Virus record (IMG/VR): IMGVR_UViG_3300032242_003075
Location: 1 to 64,000 of that record
DNA: 64,000 bases
Direction: 5' to 3' (one strand)
Source: a virus
Position numbers and translations under genes: made by a program. How positions within the stretch are numbered: position 1 is the first letter of the stretch; every line of letters begins with the position of its first letter. Below the pieces are notes generated by a model, which was not told where the DNA came from, did not search any database, and was given only the letters and a program-made list of their open reading frames with translations. Below, in pieces: positions 39,788 through 49,476 of the stretch.

Positions 39788-40385
39788 AAAGTTCGATCAG
39801 TTTCTTCTTGAAAGAAGGGGCGGAGATTTTAGAATATTTTGCGATCTAGACGGAGTCTTGGTCGATTTCATAAGAGGTTTTAAGGAAATCCCAGCCAATT
39901 CTAAGAGTCAATCACCCGCTGATTACGAAAAGGCTCACGGTAAGGGCTCAATATGGCCAATGATAAATGCTCTTGGAGAAAGCTTTTGGGCTAACCTTGA
40001 CTGGACTGAGGATGGCCGTGAATTATGGGACTATTTGAAACAATACGATCCGATAATTCTATCGTCACCAAGTAGGCATCCTGGATGTTTAACTGGTAAA
40101 GCTAAGTGGGTTCACCGTAATCTAGGAATTGATCAGGACCCTGTGCTTAATCCAACCGATTTCACTAAGGATACTAGACTAATTCTATCTAATCATAAAC
40201 ACGATTACGTTGAACCTTGTAAAAACCTGTTGGGTAAACAACCTATCCTAATAGACGATTTTGATAAGAAATTGAAGATGTGGACAGATTCAGGTGGAAT
40301 CGGCGTCCTACATAACGATTCAACTGACACAATTAGGGTAGTTGAGGATATTATGAGAGAGTCCAAGAGACCTGATTTCAATTAA
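39780..40385 (+). CDS. HAD-family 5'(3')-deoxyribonucleotidase with capsid-targeting-like leader
   Basis: IFCDLDGVLVDF (HAD motif I), ILSS, GKAKW, ILIDD; N-terminus MFKKFDQFLLE. Confidence 0.85.
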   Translation: MFKKFDQFLLERRGGDFRIFCDLDGVLVDFIRGFKEIPANSKSQSPADYEKAHGKGSIWPMINALGESFWANLDWTEDGRELWDYLKQYDPIILSSPSRHPGCLTGKAKWVHRNLGIDQDPVLNPTDFTKDTRLILSNHKHDYVEPCKNLLGKQPILIDDFDKKLKMWTDSGGIGVLHNDSTDTIRVVEDIMRESKRPDFN

Positions 40386-40434
40386 AAAAAAGGTTCTCGG
40401 ACCTAAACTAAGTGGTAGCCTTTAAAACTGGCAA

Positions 40435-40462
40435 AAAAAAGGACTCTATAGAGTCCTTTTTT
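40435..40462. terminator. Bidirectional terminator between convergent operons
   Basis: aaaaaa-ggactc-tata-gagtcc-tttttt. Confidence 0.85.
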
Positions 40463-40483
40463 GTTTTAATATGTCCATTATAA

Positions 40484-43400
40484 TTAGAACGATGGTGTAA
40501 AACCTGTTGATTGAGACGAAAGTTGACCGTTTGCTCTTGTGATTGTGATACGGTTGATGAACTTTTGAATTCCTCTTGGGAAGTTAACAATTATATCAAC
40601 CACACCAGCATTATTTTCAAGAACAGTTACTCCGTTATTTGAATCGTCAAATACAATATCGAACGTTGTGATACCGTTAGCATCTTGAACTGCAGTTAAG
40701 TAATTCTTGATAAGAGTCTTAACTCTTAACCTAGTGGTAGGATCGTTAAACTCAAAAAGATAGTTTAATAAGATTCGTTCAACGTCCCTTTCGATTGTAA
40801 CCAGGGCTTCTCTAACGTGAATGTTGTTAAGGGCTGACTTAACCGTTTGATAACCTGTGTTGTTTGAGAATATCATAACTCCAAAACCTCTACGCCTAAC
40901 GATTAAGTTAAAACCTGCAGGTTCCAAGAAATCTCTATCATCATTGGTTAAATCATATTCAACACCAGTAATTTCAGGTTCGGTGATAATTCCCCTTTTA
41001 CCTGCAACAATTGAGAAAGTATTTCCATTTGAGTACTTTTTCATGTACGTATTAGCAACATAAGTGGCTGGCGGAATTGACTTGTTTTTTCCGTTTTCAT
41101 AAATGATTAAGTTTGGCATGAAGTATCCAGCATAGGTTGAAATCGGAATTCCATTCTTATCTCCGCTAGCGAATCCGAAAGTAAAGCTTGGATTTGAAAG
41201 CAAGTTACCTCCGGTTGAAATGTATTCAGTTGACACCAAGTTAGTATTAATATCAATGAATCCTGGGTCGCTTGACCTTTCGTACTGGGCAAATGATGGA
41301 GAGTTTAGAATGGCAAAGGCTTTTCCATGATCCGCCGCTAGTTGCACTAAGTACTGCTTAGACGCGTGTGATATTTGACCCTCATACGAATCAATTATGT
41401 ATCTGAAATCTAATGTTTCGTTATCCGCTACTGTTGCTGCAATGTTCGTATTATCGTACATGTAGCTTAGAATATCGTCCTGTCTTTGAGACGTTCCGTT
41501 AGGGTACATTGCAGTTTCATCAACGATCATAGCTGGAACGTAAAATCCGTGCAAGTTAGTCACGAAATTCTTAATTCCTTTGTAGCACGTTAGCTTACTG
41601 TCAGTAAGATCAATTCCTCTAATGTTTGAATCCGTGTAACCGTCAACCTTGATCGTATATTGTAAAGTTGTTGCAGGTAAACTGTCCGGACCAATTGATG
41701 GAACTGATACTTTCACAGCAGAAATTGATTTAATCTTTAAGAACCTCTCTCTAATTACCGGATCACCATTAAGGTCAGTCGTTATTTTAGCTTTAACGTA
41801 TTGACCGGTTTTAAAGAAGTTATCAATATCGGCTCTGCTGTCTGAGTTATAAGTGAAACCTGGATTAGGTCTTTCCTTTTTAGCTGGATTACCGTATAGC
41901 GTTGGATCCAGCGTAACCACTAATTGGTTTGGCGAGGAATATTTAAAGTTGTAAGGTGAGCTAGTTATGAATCTAGTAGAATCAGTTAAATCGAATTCAT
42001 ACTTAAAAAGATTTTCAGTTGCTTGAATGATGTGTAAATAGTGGAATCCACCATCTGTTGTGTAGTAAGCGTCTGCTTGGTTAGTGAATGTTGCATCGCT
42101 ATAGACAAAGAATTCAATGTACTTAATTTGACCAGTAGACTGAATATTCACTACTCCATTAGTCGATATGTACTTATTGACTTGAGCAGAAGAGACTGGA
42201 TCAATCCAATTAATCTTGTCTCCAGTTTTTACGAAACCTGAGGCCCATGCCGAGTACAACTTACTTCCGTATGTTGCAACAATGTACTTATTACCTCCAC
42301 CGTTAACAATGTAGGTCTCACCATTAGCGTATGTTGAACTATAACTAGTAGAAGTTAGCTTAAAGTAATAATCAGAAGCAATGGGCTTTCTGTGACTTAA
42401 TACGTCAATTAGAGCGACCGCGTTCTGTAGTGAAGTACCATCATCAACTCCATAAGTAGCTAAGTCCATTTCATCAACTCCATAACCTACTAGATCAAGT
42501 CGTTGTTCTGATACTGGCTCAGTCGATGTACCGCTTGCGAATGTTGCATTAGTTAAGTCAATCATGTCGATCTTTTTATGATCTAATGATAAGAAAAGAC
42601 CACTTTGACTAAATGATCTATTGAATAAAGTATCGATTGATGCAACAGCTCCAGTTAAATCCGTGAAGTCTGGTATAATCGATCCGATTGTTCGGTTAAC
42701 CAAAGTTACTTCTCTCAGAGACGTAAAATTAGTTAATTGACCTAATTTTAAGCCGGTCTCGTCAAAATACTGGCGATATACTGGATCTTTTGCTAATCTT
42801 CTGTAATCTGTCCAATTTCCTTCAACTGCAATGACCTCAATGAAATAGTCGGCCATGTAGTCATCCGGGTGTAAGTATTCCGGTATTTCAACCTTTTCTC
42901 CAAGTAACTTGTAGTAATCCTTAACCGTAATGTCATAACCGTTTGTGTCAGCGATTCTTGCCCATACCGTAACTTGTTTCTTTGATAAGTTAACTAAACT
43001 AATCAATTTATTTGAATCACGAGTTACTGTTCCGGAAGCCGGAAACGTATCTCCAAGTTTAAGATTTTTGTACTTACTTAATTGATCAGCATCAGCAAAC
43101 CATAACTTTTGAGTGTTATAAAAGTGAGAAATGCTATCGTGGTAAGCAGAAGAGGTCCAAGTAGCATTATTTGACGCTGATTCTGTGTTAAACGTTGTGA
43201 AGTATGCAATGTCAGTATCTGTCACCGGCAAGATATTCAGTGCGTATACTGGGCCTTGTCTTAGAGCTACATCAATCGTTCTGTGAAAGTAGCTTCCGTT
43301 CTTTTCAAGCTTAGTATCAATTTCTCCATACACCGCTGATAAGGCCTTAGTATCATTGATGACCACGACTGAGTTAATTGGTCCTTTTTTGCTAGAGCCA

Positions 43401-43510
43401 ATTACCAACCGACCAGTTGAGTTAGGGAGGCTAAGGTTTATGCTCTCATCTATTTCAACTGTGTAGACACCGCTTGACTTGTATCTATTCAGATTTAATT
43501 TTTCTGCCAT
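40484..43510 (-). CDS. gp18: Contractile tail sheath protein
   Basis: SGVYTVEIDES, G-x-SKKGPIN; C-terminal SALNNIHVREALVTIE...YLFEFND..TR motif. Confidence 0.92.
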   Translation of the reverse strand: MAEKLNLNRYKSSGVYTVEIDESINLSLPNSTGRLVIGSSKKGPINSVVVINDTKALSAVYGEIDTKLEKNGSYFHRTIDVALRQGPVYALNILPVTDTDIAYFTTFNTESASNNATWTSSAYHDSISHFYNTQKLWFADADQLSKYKNLKLGDTFPASGTVTRDSNKLISLVNLSKKQVTVWARIADTNGYDITVKDYYKLLGEKVEIPEYLHPDDYMADYFIEVIAVEGNWTDYRRLAKDPVYRQYFDETGLKLGQLTNFTSLREVTLVNRTIGSIIPDFTDLTGAVASIDTLFNRSFSQSGLFLSLDHKKIDMIDLTNATFASGTSTEPVSEQRLDLVGYGVDEMDLATYGVDDGTSLQNAVALIDVLSHRKPIASDYYFKLTSTSYSSTYANGETYIVNGGGNKYIVATYGSKLYSAWASGFVKTGDKINWIDPVSSAQVNKYISTNGVVNIQSTGQIKYIEFFVYSDATFTNQADAYYTTDGGFHYLHIIQATENLFKYEFDLTDSTRFITSSPYNFKYSSPNQLVVTLDPTLYGNPAKKERPNPGFTYNSDSRADIDNFFKTGQYVKAKITTDLNGDPVIRERFLKIKSISAVKVSVPSIGPDSLPATTLQYTIKVDGYTDSNIRGIDLTDSKLTCYKGIKNFVTNLHGFYVPAMIVDETAMYPNGTSQRQDDILSYMYDNTNIAATVADNETLDFRYIIDSYEGQISHASKQYLVQLAADHGKAFAILNSPSFAQYERSSDPGFIDINTNLVSTEYISTGGNLLSNPSFTFGFASGDKNGIPISTYAGYFMPNLIIYENGKNKSIPPATYVANTYMKKYSNGNTFSIVAGKRGIITEPEITGVEYDLTNDDRDFLEPAGFNLIVRRRGFGVMIFSNNTGYQTVKSALNNIHVREALVTIERDVERILLNYLFEFNDPTTRLRVKTLIKNYLTAVQDANGITTFDIVFDDSNNGVTVLENNAGVVDIIVNFPRGIQKFINRITITRANGQLSSQSTGFTPSF

Positions 43511-43685
43511 CGAGTTTGCTTATTATTTTGAGTTATTTATTTATCAACTTAGCTCCAAAAAAGTGATTTTTGTATATGCTAAGTTAACCGTTAATGTTAT
43601 TTATTAGCACGAGACTCCTTAACTTAAACCCTTTTCTATTTTCCAGGTAAAAGAATGAGACTACTCATATAACATAAGCAACTTA

Positions 43686-44123
43686 ATGAAAATTTCAAGA
43701 ATCAGGGACGTTAAGATCCCAACTAGAGGAACTGAAAGATCAGCCGGCATAGATTTCTACGTGCCTAATGATTACCCAACCACAATAATCGCTCCAGGTA
43801 AATCAGTTTTAATTCCGACTGGCATCAAGGCCCAAATCCCTTCTGGGTACATGTTAACCGCCTTTAATAAGTCAGGCGTTGCTTTAAAACAGTGCCTAAT
43901 AAAGGGAGCGGAAGTATGTGATGAAGATTATCAGGGAGAAATTCACATACACGTCATTAACGTGGGTCAAGGTCACCAAACCATAACTCCTGGCCAAAAG
44001 TTAATTCAATTCATCCTAGTTCCGGTCTTTTACGATACTGTGGAGGAAGTTGACATCTCTGATCTATACCCTGAGGTTAGCGAGCGTGGAGAGGGCGGAT
44101 TCGGTTCAACTGGCACCAACTAA
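43686..44123 (+). CDS. dut: Trimeric dUTPase
   Basis: SAGIDF, KSG, DEDYQGEI, IQ, RGEGGFGSTG; promoter AAAC-N17-GTAAAAG at 43626-43653. Confidence 0.95.
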   Translation: MKISRIRDVKIPTRGTERSAGIDFYVPNDYPTTIIAPGKSVLIPTGIKAQIPSGYMLTAFNKSGVALKQCLIKGAEVCDEDYQGEIHIHVINVGQGHQTITPGQKLIQFILVPVFYDTVEEVDISDLYPEVSERGEGGFGSTGTN

Positions 44124-44147
44124 TAATAACTCACATAGAACAAATAC

Positions 44148-45530
44148 ATGATAGTAAGCACAGAATTTCATACTGAGGATTCCTCATTGCTTATTTCCTA
44201 TTATAATGCAGAAGGACTTTTAGAATTGATTAAGAAACCAATTCTACCTCATGATCTCTTTAACTGGACATTAACTCCAAATCCAAGCGAGTTTAGGAAC
44301 TGGGATGATAGGTTTCTTAAAAAGACCCAAGGCAAATGGTTAAGCCGATTCAGGCTTGAGGAACTGACTCAGACTAGACTTAGCGAGTCTGAATTAGCCG
44401 CAATCTACTCGGATTACAGCCCTAAGAAGTACTACCTGGATATTGAGATTCAATTAACATCAAATGAGTTTCCGGATCCGGCAAAAGCAGCAATGCCCGT
44501 TAATTTAATAACCTTTGTGAACGAGGAAAACATTTGCTTCATACTATCGACCATGAAGCATCTAGAAAAGCCAGCAATTGAACAGATGCAATCAGAGGTG
44601 AACGATTACTTTAAATCGCATAACCAGAATTTCACTCTTAAGTACCTATTTTTTGAACAGGAGGAAGAGCTATTAAAGATGTTCTTTCATAAGGCTCTAC
44701 CTAAAATTCCTTTATTAACAGGTTGGAACGTTATTGGGTTTGACTGGGTTTACCTAATTAATCGATGCAAGAATTTAGGTATCGACCCGATGGAAACCAT
44801 GCCTTCCAAAACTTTGATCGGTAAAAGTAAAATGCCAACTCACTTAGGCCTACTTGACTACATGGAAGTTTTCATGAACACTAAACCTTACAAAGTCGTT
44901 GAGAATTATAAGTTAGACTACATTGCTAACCTGGTTCTTGGAACCACCAAACTTCATAGCGAGTATGCTACAATGATCGAGGCTCAACAAGATATTGAAA
45001 ATTTCATCAAGTATAACATAATAGATACGGTTCTGGTTAAATTGATTGAGGATAAGCTTGGCTTGCTTGACGTTGCGTTTGCAATCTCTAAATTTGCAAA
45101 GGTTGACGTGTCCAAGGTGTTTAGCGCCGTGTACATCACCGAGACATTAATGTGTCGTGAATTCTTAGAAAGGGGTCGATACATGGCAAATGATCGTCGA
45201 GACGTTCAGGAGGAGGCTACCTATGTAGGAGCATACGTTGCAAAACCTGTGCCGGGTTACTACAAGTACGTATCTTGCTTTGACTTTGCTTCGATGTACC
45301 CAAACATCCAAATACAGTTTAACATTTCACCGGATGCATACTTAGGTAAAATTCAAGAAGGTCAGACCATTCAAGATGATCAAATCTTAACAAAGAACAA
45401 TACAGTATTTTCTAAAAAGACCGATTCGGCTGCTAGAACGATCTTAACTAGGCTGTATAACGGTCGTGTTGATACTAAGGCCGAGATGAAAAAATTAGAA
45501 GAACAACTGACTGGTGCTAAAGTTGCTTAA
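44148..45530 (+). CDS. gp43: Family B DNA polymerase, N-terminal subunit only (exonuclease + motif A)
   Basis: LDIE, GWNVIGFD, YKLD, YNIID, YVGAYV, FDFASMYP..FNISPD; ends in the first fingers helix with no KxxxNSxYG or YGDTDS. Confidence 0.88.
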   Translation: MIVSTEFHTEDSSLLISYYNAEGLLELIKKPILPHDLFNWTLTPNPSEFRNWDDRFLKKTQGKWLSRFRLEELTQTRLSESELAAIYSDYSPKKYYLDIEIQLTSNEFPDPAKAAMPVNLITFVNEENICFILSTMKHLEKPAIEQMQSEVNDYFKSHNQNFTLKYLFFEQEEELLKMFFHKALPKIPLLTGWNVIGFDWVYLINRCKNLGIDPMETMPSKTLIGKSKMPTHLGLLDYMEVFMNTKPYKVVENYKLDYIANLVLGTTKLHSEYATMIEAQQDIENFIKYNIIDTVLVKLIEDKLGLLDVAFAISKFAKVDVSKVFSAVYITETLMCREFLERGRYMANDRRDVQEEATYVGAYVAKPVPGYYKYVSCFDFASMYPNIQIQFNISPDAYLGKIQEGQTIQDDQILTKNNTVFSKKTDSAARTILTRLYNGRVDTKAEMKKLEEQLTGAKVA

Positions 45531-45549
45531 AAAAATAAAAAACTCAATT

Positions 45550-46194
45550 ATGAACAATTTCGATATGGAAACCTTGATCTCAATAAAATCAAGCTTTCAA
45601 TCAAACAAATTCCAATGGATAAAAACCAATGATCGTGCAAAGGTCGGCAAGATTGTTGAGGTTAGGGACGTTGTTCCCAGCCGAAACGGTAGATTCACAG
45701 CAATTCTATCTGACGGAACCCAGGTCGATACTGATCGAGTTTCTTCGGACTTAATGATGATCACCGATGACCAACCCCCAATGTCAATGGCCGAGATACA
45801 ATCGATCAATTACATTCCTTCCCTATCTGAGGAGGTTTCAGTTTCTCCTGATATACCTGATGAATTTGCTAAGGAAGTTAAATCAAACATCACAACTGCC
45901 AAACCTGCTAACCTTGAACCTCCAGCTCAACCTAAATTAATCTCGCAAGCCGATACTACTGATCTATTTGGAATGTTTGAACTGGAAGATTCAGAGATAA
46001 ACGTTCCTATTAAAGTTAAGCTGCCAAGCAAGGCCCTGCTACAGATGATGTACGTAAGCTTCAAGAACAAGGAGGACTTTTTGACAAAGTTATCAAACTA
46101 TATAAATAACAACATAACGGTCGATGCGATCAAGGAGACCATGAAAAAATCTCTAGATTCTGACCCAAAAAAGAATGTGCTAGATAATGAATAA
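45550..46194 (+). CDS. Hypothetical protein
   Basis: The ORF track starts at GTG 45514; the in-frame ATG at 45550, after an A-rich leader and clear of the polymerase stop, is the likelier start. Confidence 0.65.
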   Translation: MNNFDMETLISIKSSFQSNKFQWIKTNDRAKVGKIVEVRDVVPSRNGRFTAILSDGTQVDTDRVSSDLMMITDDQPPMSMAEIQSINYIPSLSEEVSVSPDIPDEFAKEVKSNITTAKPANLEPPAQPKLISQADTTDLFGMFELEDSEINVPIKVKLPSKALLQMMYVSFKNKEDFLTKLSNYINNNITVDAIKETMKKSLDSDPKKNVLDNE

Positions 46195-46750
46195 CCAATT
46201 CACATCGGACGAACACAGTCAATTCGGAAAATTTAACGTATTGACAAAGACTCGAGATTCTCATTCTTCCCAGTACCTATCCGCTCAGTCAAAGTACATC
46301 GCGATAATTCCATTCGAAAGAAACTCTGAGAATAACATCAAATCCATTTATTTGCTTGATTTTCCGAATTACTCAACCGGTCGATCAGCTCAATCGCTAA
46401 TAATAGATGAAATCGACCAGACTAAGGATAAGACTGTCTTTGATTCTGTGTGTCGAGCTTTGGTTGAGGAGGCAGGCCTCGATATTGATGCTTTATCAAT
46501 AAACGAGAATAACATTTTTTATCTTGGTGAAATTACCACAACCTGGCCGGTGTCATCAACTCTTCAATGTTATGGAATTGATCTCACCGGTAAAGCTTCC
46601 CTAGAATTCACCAGAAACTTATCTAAGGATCCTTTCATCAAAGATGAATCTTCTATAATCCAAGCAAACTTTCATCAAGTAGTTAACGGAGATTACTCAG
46701 ATTCAACGGTTTTAGCTGGATCATTTCTCCTAGTTTCATATTTTAACTAA
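46187..46750 (+). CDS. NUDIX-fold hydrolase-like protein
   Basis: Degenerate Nudix box DSVCRALVEEAGL followed by FYLG. Confidence 0.6.
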   Translation: MNNQFTSDEHSQFGKFNVLTKTRDSHSSQYLSAQSKYIAIIPFERNSENNIKSIYLLDFPNYSTGRSAQSLIIDEIDQTKDKTVFDSVCRALVEEAGLDIDALSINENNIFYLGEITTTWPVSSTLQCYGIDLTGKASLEFTRNLSKDPFIKDESSIIQANFHQVVNGDYSDSTVLAGSFLLVSYFN

Positions 46751-46801
46751 AACAATTTCCGCATCTTATGTACAAGATGCTAAAGACAATTTTTAACACA
46801 C

Positions 46802-47692
46802 ATGGCAAAAACACCAATGGACGCATTCGCCAAGTTTAACGACTTGCTCGAAAAGAAAGTCAAGTCCAAAATAGACATCAAGGGATTTTCAGACATTGAT
46901 GAATACATCCCAACCGGTAATTACCTCTTAAATGCTCAAATGTCAGGCTCTTTGTTCGGAGGTTATCCGAACACTCGAAGCATTGGTATCGCCGGTGACT
47001 CAGGTTCAGGTAAAACGTTCTTGTGCTTGAATGCCGTACGTGAACTTCAAAAGCTAGGATACGTAGTTTTCTATATCGATACTGAGGGAGCTATTGACCG
47101 ATCTGACTATCTTAAATTTGGAGTCGATCTTGACAAGCTCACTTACCTTCGTATGGGTTACATTAGCGAGGTTAAATTTTTCATTAACGATTTCATTGAA
47201 ACTATGAAAGAAAATCCAGGTTTAAAAGTTGCAATATTTGTTGACTCGGTGGGGATGTTAGACACAGACAAGAGTAAAAGGGACATGGAGGCCGGTAAAA
47301 ACGCCGCTGACATGGGTCTTCGCTCAAAGGAGATGAGATCTCTTTTTAAATCGTTCACCCTTGAGCTTTCAAATTTACGAGTGCCATTTATTTTTACGAA
47401 TCACACTTACGCTTGCCTTTTAGGAGACCATAAAATTCTAACACATCAAGGTGAACTTATGATTTCTGAACTTAAAGTAGGACAATTAGTAGAAACTTTA
47501 GAAGGTTTAAAACCTATTGAAAACATATTTCAATACGATTGTCCAAAATTGATTGAAATAGTATTAGAGGATGACACAGTTATCAAGTGTACGCCTAATC
47601 ATAAGTTTTTAATCGGCGATGATTGGTCAAATGAAGATCATTGGGTAGAAGCAATGGATTTAATTGATGGAGCTGAAATAGTTTATAAATAA
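46802..47692 (+). CDS. uvsX: RecA/UvsX recombinase N-terminal part (204 aa) fused to split intein N-fragment (92 aa, from Cys codon 47414)
   Basis: Walker A GDSGSGKT, YIDTEGA, FVDSVG, DMGLR, TNHTYA, then CLLGDHKI...CTPNHKF...WVEAMDL; promoter AAAC-N16-GTACAAG at 46750-46776. Confidence 0.93.
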   Translation: MAKTPMDAFAKFNDLLEKKVKSKIDIKGFSDIDEYIPTGNYLLNAQMSGSLFGGYPNTRSIGIAGDSGSGKTFLCLNAVRELQKLGYVVFYIDTEGAIDRSDYLKFGVDLDKLTYLRMGYISEVKFFINDFIETMKENPGLKVAIFVDSVGMLDTDKSKRDMEAGKNAADMGLRSKEMRSLFKSFTLELSNLRVPFIFTNHTYACLLGDHKILTHQGELMISELKVGQLVETLEGLKPIENIFQYDCPKLIEIVLEDDTVIKCTPNHKFLIGDDWSNEDHWVEAMDLIDGAEIVYK

Positions 47693-47746
47693 AAAATTCT
47701 TGCATGTCTGTGATATATAAAAATAAAGGGACATGCAAGATTTTTT
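47691..47746 (+). promoter_or_regulatory. Hairpin covering the endonuclease start codon, with a late-promoter-like loop
   Basis: tcttgcatgtc (47698-47708) is the exact reverse complement of gacatgcaaga (47730-47740; ATG at 47733), extended by A6/T6; loop contains GATATATAA. Confidence 0.75.
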
Positions 47747-48785
47747 ACAACGAATTATAACATCATCAAATCTAGGATTAGCGTCTCTATCTAAGTCGAT
47801 TCGAAAAGATCGAGAATTTTATGATTTCTTAATTTCACAAACTTCATTTCTTTCAGAAAATGCAAACGTTCCATTTAGACTATATCATATTAGGCAAGGA
47901 TTAACTGAACAAGTTAGATGTAAACACTGCAAAAATCGATTGTTTAAAATTAGAATTGAATTCTGTAATAGGAAATGTGCAGCTATGTTTAATAGCAGAT
48001 TAATTGAAGTTCAGAAAAAGAGATCAAATTCATTAATCGAATCTTTCAGTAAAAAGACAGATTCTGAAAAACTTGAAACTCGTAAAAAACGTGAATCTAC
48101 TAATTTAGCGAAAGGCGGGCATGTTTCGAATCTTCATTCAGTTGAAGGAAAACAAAAAGTCAAAGAAACTTTCATTTCTAAATATGGATATGAAAACCCA
48201 AATACAAATTCATCAATTAAGGCAAAAATTTCAGCTGCAAATAAATTAACCTCAAATCATGCTTTAGTTGTACGTAAGAGCACCTGTTTAGAAAGATATG
48301 GTGTTGATAATGTTATGAAAACTCAAGAGGTTAAAGATAAAATAAAAGAGACTTGCTTTTCTAAATACGGCTCACAAAGCCACATGCAAAATGACAAGTT
48401 CTTAGAAAAATTTTTTAATGAATATCACAAAAGGTACAAATCTAAAGACTATGTATTACCTAGCGGAAAAACAGTTAAATTACTAGGATATGAACCTCAC
48501 GTATTGGACTATTTATTGACTAAATTTAATGAGTCTGACATAATTATCGGGTATTCAGCATACCGAAAAATAAAATGTAACTACATTCAAACTGGAAAAA
48601 CCCATCGATATATACCAGATTTCTATATTGAGTCAAAAAATTTAGTAATCGAAGTTAAATCAAACTATACGTACAATTTCGCTGATCCAAATAAGAGAAA
48701 GTCAGTACAAGAAAAAGGAATCAACTTTGTTTATGCAGTAGTTGATATAAAGAAAAAGAAAATATCATTTAATCGTTATGAATAA
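47733..48785 (+). mobile_element. Free-standing putative homing endonuclease (PD-(D/E)XK) between the split-intein halves
   Basis: CKHC...FCNRKC zinc motif, four T-x-x-x-K/R-Y-G-type repeats, C-terminal YIPDFYIESKNLVIEVKS; visibly more AT-rich than the flanks. Confidence 0.82.
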
Positions 48786-49476
48786 AATTAAAATTAAATC
48801 AGTAAAAGTCATTGAAAATTCTGAAAAAGTGTATGACATACAAGTAAAAGATGTGCATCACTACATCCTATCAAACAGGGTAGTTTCGCATAACTCAATG
48901 GATCAGTACACACCAAAGGGCATGTCCGGTGGTGGAGGTCCTGAATTCTCCGCATCAATCATTTTAATGTTGAGCAAGGGAACTCTTCGAGATGAAAGTA
49001 AGACGACTACTGGTATAATTGTAAGATCAAAAACGAAAAAGAACAGATTAGCCAAACCCATTGATATTGAGTTTCACATATCGTTTCATAAGGGTATGAA
49101 TCCTTACGTCGGGCTGGAACAATTTGTTAATTGGGAAAATTGCGGAATAGTTAGGGGTTCAAAATTAACCGAAAAGGAATTCAATAAGCTTAAACCTGAG
49201 GATCAGGCCAAATGTCATACGTTTGAAGTGAATGGGGAAACTTTCTACGTTAAACCGAGCATTCAAGCTAAGAACTTCATCGTTAGAGGAACCGGTGCGG
49301 AAGTCCCAGTAAGAGAATTTTTCTCAGCCAAGCTATTCACCGATGCAGTGCTAAAAGAATTGGACGAAAAGATAATTCAGCCAACCTTCAAATTCCCGGA
49401 AGGTCAAGAGGGCATAAATGTCATGGAAACTGATGAACTTGAGAACTTAACTGATACCTCAGACAATGATCTTTAA
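48778..49476 (+). CDS. uvsX: Split intein C-fragment (39 aa, ends HN at 48894) fused to RecA/UvsX C-terminal part (193 aa)
   Basis: KIKSVK...VYDIQVKDVHHYILSNRVVSHN|SMDQYTPKGMSGGGGPEFSASIILML, KKNR, GMNPYVGL. Confidence 0.93.
   Translation: MNKIKIKSVKVIENSEKVYDIQVKDVHHYILSNRVVSHNSMDQYTPKGMSGGGGPEFSASIILMLSKGTLRDESKTTTGIIVRSKTKKNRLAKPIDIEFHISFHKGMNPYVGLEQFVNWENCGIVRGSKLTEKEFNKLKPEDQAKCHTFEVNGETFYVKPSIQAKNFIVRGTGAEVPVREFFSAKLFTDAVLKELDEKIIQPTFKFPEGQEGINVMETDELENLTDTSDNDL

Noticed and set aside
45480-45560. Programmed frameshift joining the polymerase fragment to the next ORF at an A-rich tract
   Set aside because: The downstream ORF has no PolB motif B or C, so a fusion would not restore the polymerase.
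47693-48777. Group I intron interrupting a contiguous intein
   Set aside because: The non-coding gap is only 40 nt at the 5' side and the nuclease overlaps the next start at the 3' side, leaving no room for an intron core.
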